This document shows positions 60,069-64,000 of a stretch of DNA of 64,000 nucleotides, piece after piece. The notes below the pieces were generated by a model that was not told where the DNA came from, did not search any database, and saw nothing but the letters and a program-made list of their open reading frames with translations. This DNA comes from Tubulanus polymorphus (Eukaryota > Animalia > Nemertea). The position numbers were made by a program, and so were the translations under genes. The first letter of the stretch is position 1, and each line of letters begins with the position of its first letter. The stretch is taken from positions 9,164,275-9,228,274 of the forward strand of contig NC_134032.1 of NCBI RefSeq assembly GCF_964204645.1, read 5' to 3'.

Positions 60069-62070
60069 CTACATATTTACTGGGTGTGGAAATAGTAAAA
60101 AACAATTTGTTTGACCATCAATGCAGAGATACACACGACATTTCATGCAAAAGAATCTACTGCCTCTTTTACAATTTTGAAATTTACATTTCTTTGGATT
60201 ATTAGCTAAACGCCTTGGCAAATGACCTACCCCATCAAGGCGAACATGGTCGTGGACAACTTTTGCACTAGGCATGTCTTGTGGCAAGTTTTCTCTCAGA
60301 GCTTCCTGTGGATTTGCTGCGGCCTGTGTCAAACATTGACCTATTGCCAACTTGAATTTGTAATATGCTGATGGAATCTTGCTGACACTTTTCTCTAAGT
60401 GCCAGGCATTAGAGCAACAGAGATCCACCAAATGAAAAATGATGCGGCGATACCATTTTTTACTCTTCATGAAGATGCGATATAGTGCTATCATCATGTC
60501 ACACTTATCAACACCACCCATCGTCTTGTTATAAACTTTGATGAGGGATGGGCATTGTATGTTTATGTGCTGTTTTGCCTTACCATCATATCGCCGGACC
60601 TCTTGTGCTGGTAAAACAGAGAATACTGATGAACCAACACTTACAACCTTGTTATCAAACCATGAACATATCAAAATGTCATCTGAAGATCTATAATCAA
60701 ATGACCCCCTTCCTGACTTTTTAAATTCTTTCTCAGATACAAGGGGACAATTCCGACGTCTATTTTTTCGAATTGTACAGGTTCCACCCAGGCCATGTTT
60801 TCTCAATTCCAACAACAATTCTGGCGAGGCGAAATAATTATCAAAGGCAACGTGTTTTCCCTCGGGAAGATGAGATGCTAGATTCAAAACAACCTCCCCA
60901 CTTTTACCAATTCCATCTTTCAAATCTTTTTGACATGGTGCATGGTTATCACCTTGGATATAAAACTGGTACACATAACCTGATTGGCCAGCTAGTGCCC
61001 AAATCTTATACCCCCAAGGTTTTTTCTCATTGTACATTTTCAAGCTATGGTGTCCTTTAAACAAAACAATTTGTTCATCTATAGAAAAACTTTCCTCATA
61101 TTCAGCAAACTGTAAAAAGTTTGCATTGATTTTAGTTAGAAGTGGGCGAACTTTATGGAGCTTATCATAACCTGGCTCATTAGATTTTTTATTAGACTAT
61201 TATCTGCAGCGTGCAACACAGACAATATTTCTTCAAACCTATTTACACTCATAGCGTCAGCAACTAATGGTTGCCTTGAGGTTTTTGCCCAATAGTCTCG
61301 CCTGCTTGGCAATTTTATGATGGACATGATTACAACAATGCCTATTACCTTTCTCATGTCTTCCTCAGATATTACCTTGATATGGTTTTTCTCTTCTACA
61401 GTTCTATATCGATTACTTTCTAGAACTAACAATTGAATAGTTTCCTGGCCAAAAAGGGCCATAAAGCAGTCTATTTCATCCCGAAAATTTTCTGCTCCAC
61501 CTTTTGCGATAAGTTTACTATCTGGGGCTGTAACATTACTTGGTAAGTATTCTTTTACCCACTTCCATACATTCTTATTATTATTCCTGAAAAATTAGAG
61601 AGTTGTTTCATGAACAGAATTACATACAGTAAAACCTAACTGCTGATTTATCTACACATGTTTATGATTACGTCACCGAAAGACGACTGCAGCAGGATGC
61701 ATGATTTACTGTATAGGTAATATACATCGCCCTGGCCATTATTTGAAGCAAAAAGGAAAACAAGCAATGCTTACTCGTCAGATTTTTTAGACCTTTTGGG
61801 CTTGGGTTCAATCTCATCTGCACTGTCTCTGACCGATCATTCTCGTCCTCGCTATCTTGAACATCCCGTTCGACCACTTCACCATCATCAGAATCATCTT
61901 CTGCATCAGAACTTTGGACATAATCTAAATCTTCATCTTAATCATCCAAATATTCTCCGTCAGTCTCAGAATTACACCGATCATCATCGCTACCTGGCGG
62001 TATATTTCCATCATCATCACCACTCCACGCCACATCATCAAGCACTTCCCTCATTGTAAATAACTGCTGC
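60069..62070 (-). pseudogene. piggyBac family C transposase, frameshifted and spliced
   Basis: FSIDEQI, AFDNYF and GGVDKCD motifs, C-terminal CMKCRVYLC, acidic N-terminus at 61800-62070. Termini not located. Confidence 0.88.
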
Positions 62071-64000
62071 GCCTATAAAAAAAGAAATAAATGGGCCTTC
62101 AATAAATATTACTCTGTCATAGGAGTACTCAATTGCATAATATAGGCACAGATTTATTGCAGCCATAGCTTATTGGAAGTCATGATTGTCATTTTAGTGC
62201 ATGGACAACACGTATGTGATCATCTACGAAAGCAGTTGATATGCATATGGCCCACAAATTAACACAAAATCACTCAGCGATCTACCATTTTGACATCCTT
62301 ATGTAATTTTTTAGTGTTATATACAGGCTGACAGTAGCAAGATCAGTGGGTATTTTTAATTTTCATCAATAAAAGACATAAAATTCCTAGTAGAGTTTAT
62401 TATCAGTTAAAGTGTGGTCGTCATAACTAACTTCCAACGTTCCAATAGTAGCAAACGCAAAATATATTCATGTTACTTCATATTTATTTATTACAATTCA
62501 ACAAGGACTTTTGCCCCAAAAAAATCGAGATTCTTACAGTTTGTTTAAAGTTTAACCAGTTTATTTTTGCTTACCAGACAAACCAGGAAGTAATTTTAAC
62601 GCCATTTCTTTAAGGCCTGTCCAGAGCCACTGCAGGCTAGAGAAGCACTAGAGTGTTAGTTAGAAAACCAGAATGTGAAAAGTCGCATATTTGCGGCTTG
62701 AAACCACAAAAGATAATTTGCGACAGCACATCGGTTAAGGGTTGTGTATCTTCTATGGTAGAGCTCAATATATGGACGTTTTCTGCCCTTGACATATGGA
62801 TATTTTCTTTACCTTTACAAACCACCTTTACTAGTTAGGGCTTTTTATGGACAATCGATTGAGGAATGCATCTTTTCTTCTCTTAATGCTGATGTCATTC
62901 TATAATCAGGTCTTATCATGTGTAATCAAGATGGAAATAAGGCCTATCCAGATGTCTGAATTTCTTGATATCCCTGAGGTCAAACAATGATTTCGTCGTG
63001 TTCTATCAGAAATGAGTTCCTGCCTCATTTCTTGAACTGAAATCCAATGTCCACAAAAGTTCTCTGGAGTGAGGCCCATGAAATTTTTGGAATGATGGCC
63101 ACGAGTAGATTTGAGATTTGTCACTGTCTTGCAACTTCCACCATCTCCTAACTGGGATGCCAAGTCCACCTCCTATCGAGTTGTATTAGTTAAATAGATA
63201 CACACATTAAATGTAACATTCCTATCCTTTCTGGTAATGTGAGTCCATTTATATTGTTTTATTGAATGAAAATAAATCTGCAGATAGATAGAGCATGCAT
63301 TTAGCATGTACTTGACCAGGCTTAGTCAAATAATGTTTTTGTAAAATATGCAGTAATTCTATGAGTAAATTTAGATTCGCCACCGTCGTGCAACTTCATA
63401 CATCTCTTATTTTGAATACCAAGTCCCGCATAAGAATGATCTCCCATATTTTATAAGATCGTGTTATTACTAGAATCATACATGATTTCCGCCTATCCTC
63501 AGGCTTGCTTATCACCTTTTATCGATTCTATTAGTAGAACAGTTACACATATTGAATGTAACATTCCTATCGTTACTTGTCTATAAATGATCAGTACATT
63601 GTCAAAATGATTAAAGTAGCAACTTTTGTGGTTGCACTTTGTGACTTGAGGAAAGTTATTGGTGATGGTGTTTGGGTTTACCGGCTGCAATGGCTTATTC
63701 AATCGATGAAGTGTAAGTTTGATTTTTGTGAGCATATGTGGATGATCTGGGTATTGTGAATCCTCGTTGATCTTGTGAATTTATCTTTGTCTTGCAAGTC
63801 ATCCTCATCAATTTGAATCCAAGAAAGATGATCAAACTCATCTATCATAATTAACTCATCAGTTGTTTATTGTTTTAGGAATTTATTCTCTTACATACCC
63901 GTAAGGCCCACAGCATATAGTTTGGTTGGCCACCCCAAATTATATCTGGATCTACCCTACATTCGACCGGTCTTTAGAATAATTTCGTAACCCTCACTTC

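Noticed and set aside
62600-64000. Possible minus-strand exon fragments
   Set aside because: No recognisable motif and no consistent frame.

Overview
AT-rich eukaryotic DNA, probably from an invertebrate animal, made almost entirely of nested and mostly decayed transposons. These include Mutator/MULE (three kinds), piggyBac (five pieces), EnSpm/CACTA-like, Zator-like, IS3EU-like, ISL2EU, Kolobok, Penelope, L2/CR1 3' ends, a Gypsy element with an env-like ORF, a solo LTR and several MITEs. I saw no ordinary host gene. The main result is an intact-looking 8.6-kb Mutator element (3501-12141) with perfect 64-bp TIRs and a 9-bp TSD. Manual splicing gives it one 18-exon, ~1313-aa ORF that fuses a complete USP/C19 deubiquitinase domain, a C2H2 finger and four SIM-like acidic motifs to the MULE-SWIM transposase; the ORF track shows only part of the last exon. 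Two further patterns stand out: almost all TE coding sequences lie on the minus strand (a possible uni-strand piRNA cluster), and all three visible piggyBac ends abut TTAG/CTAA rather than TTAA. Family assignments come from motif recognition by eye, not from database searches.
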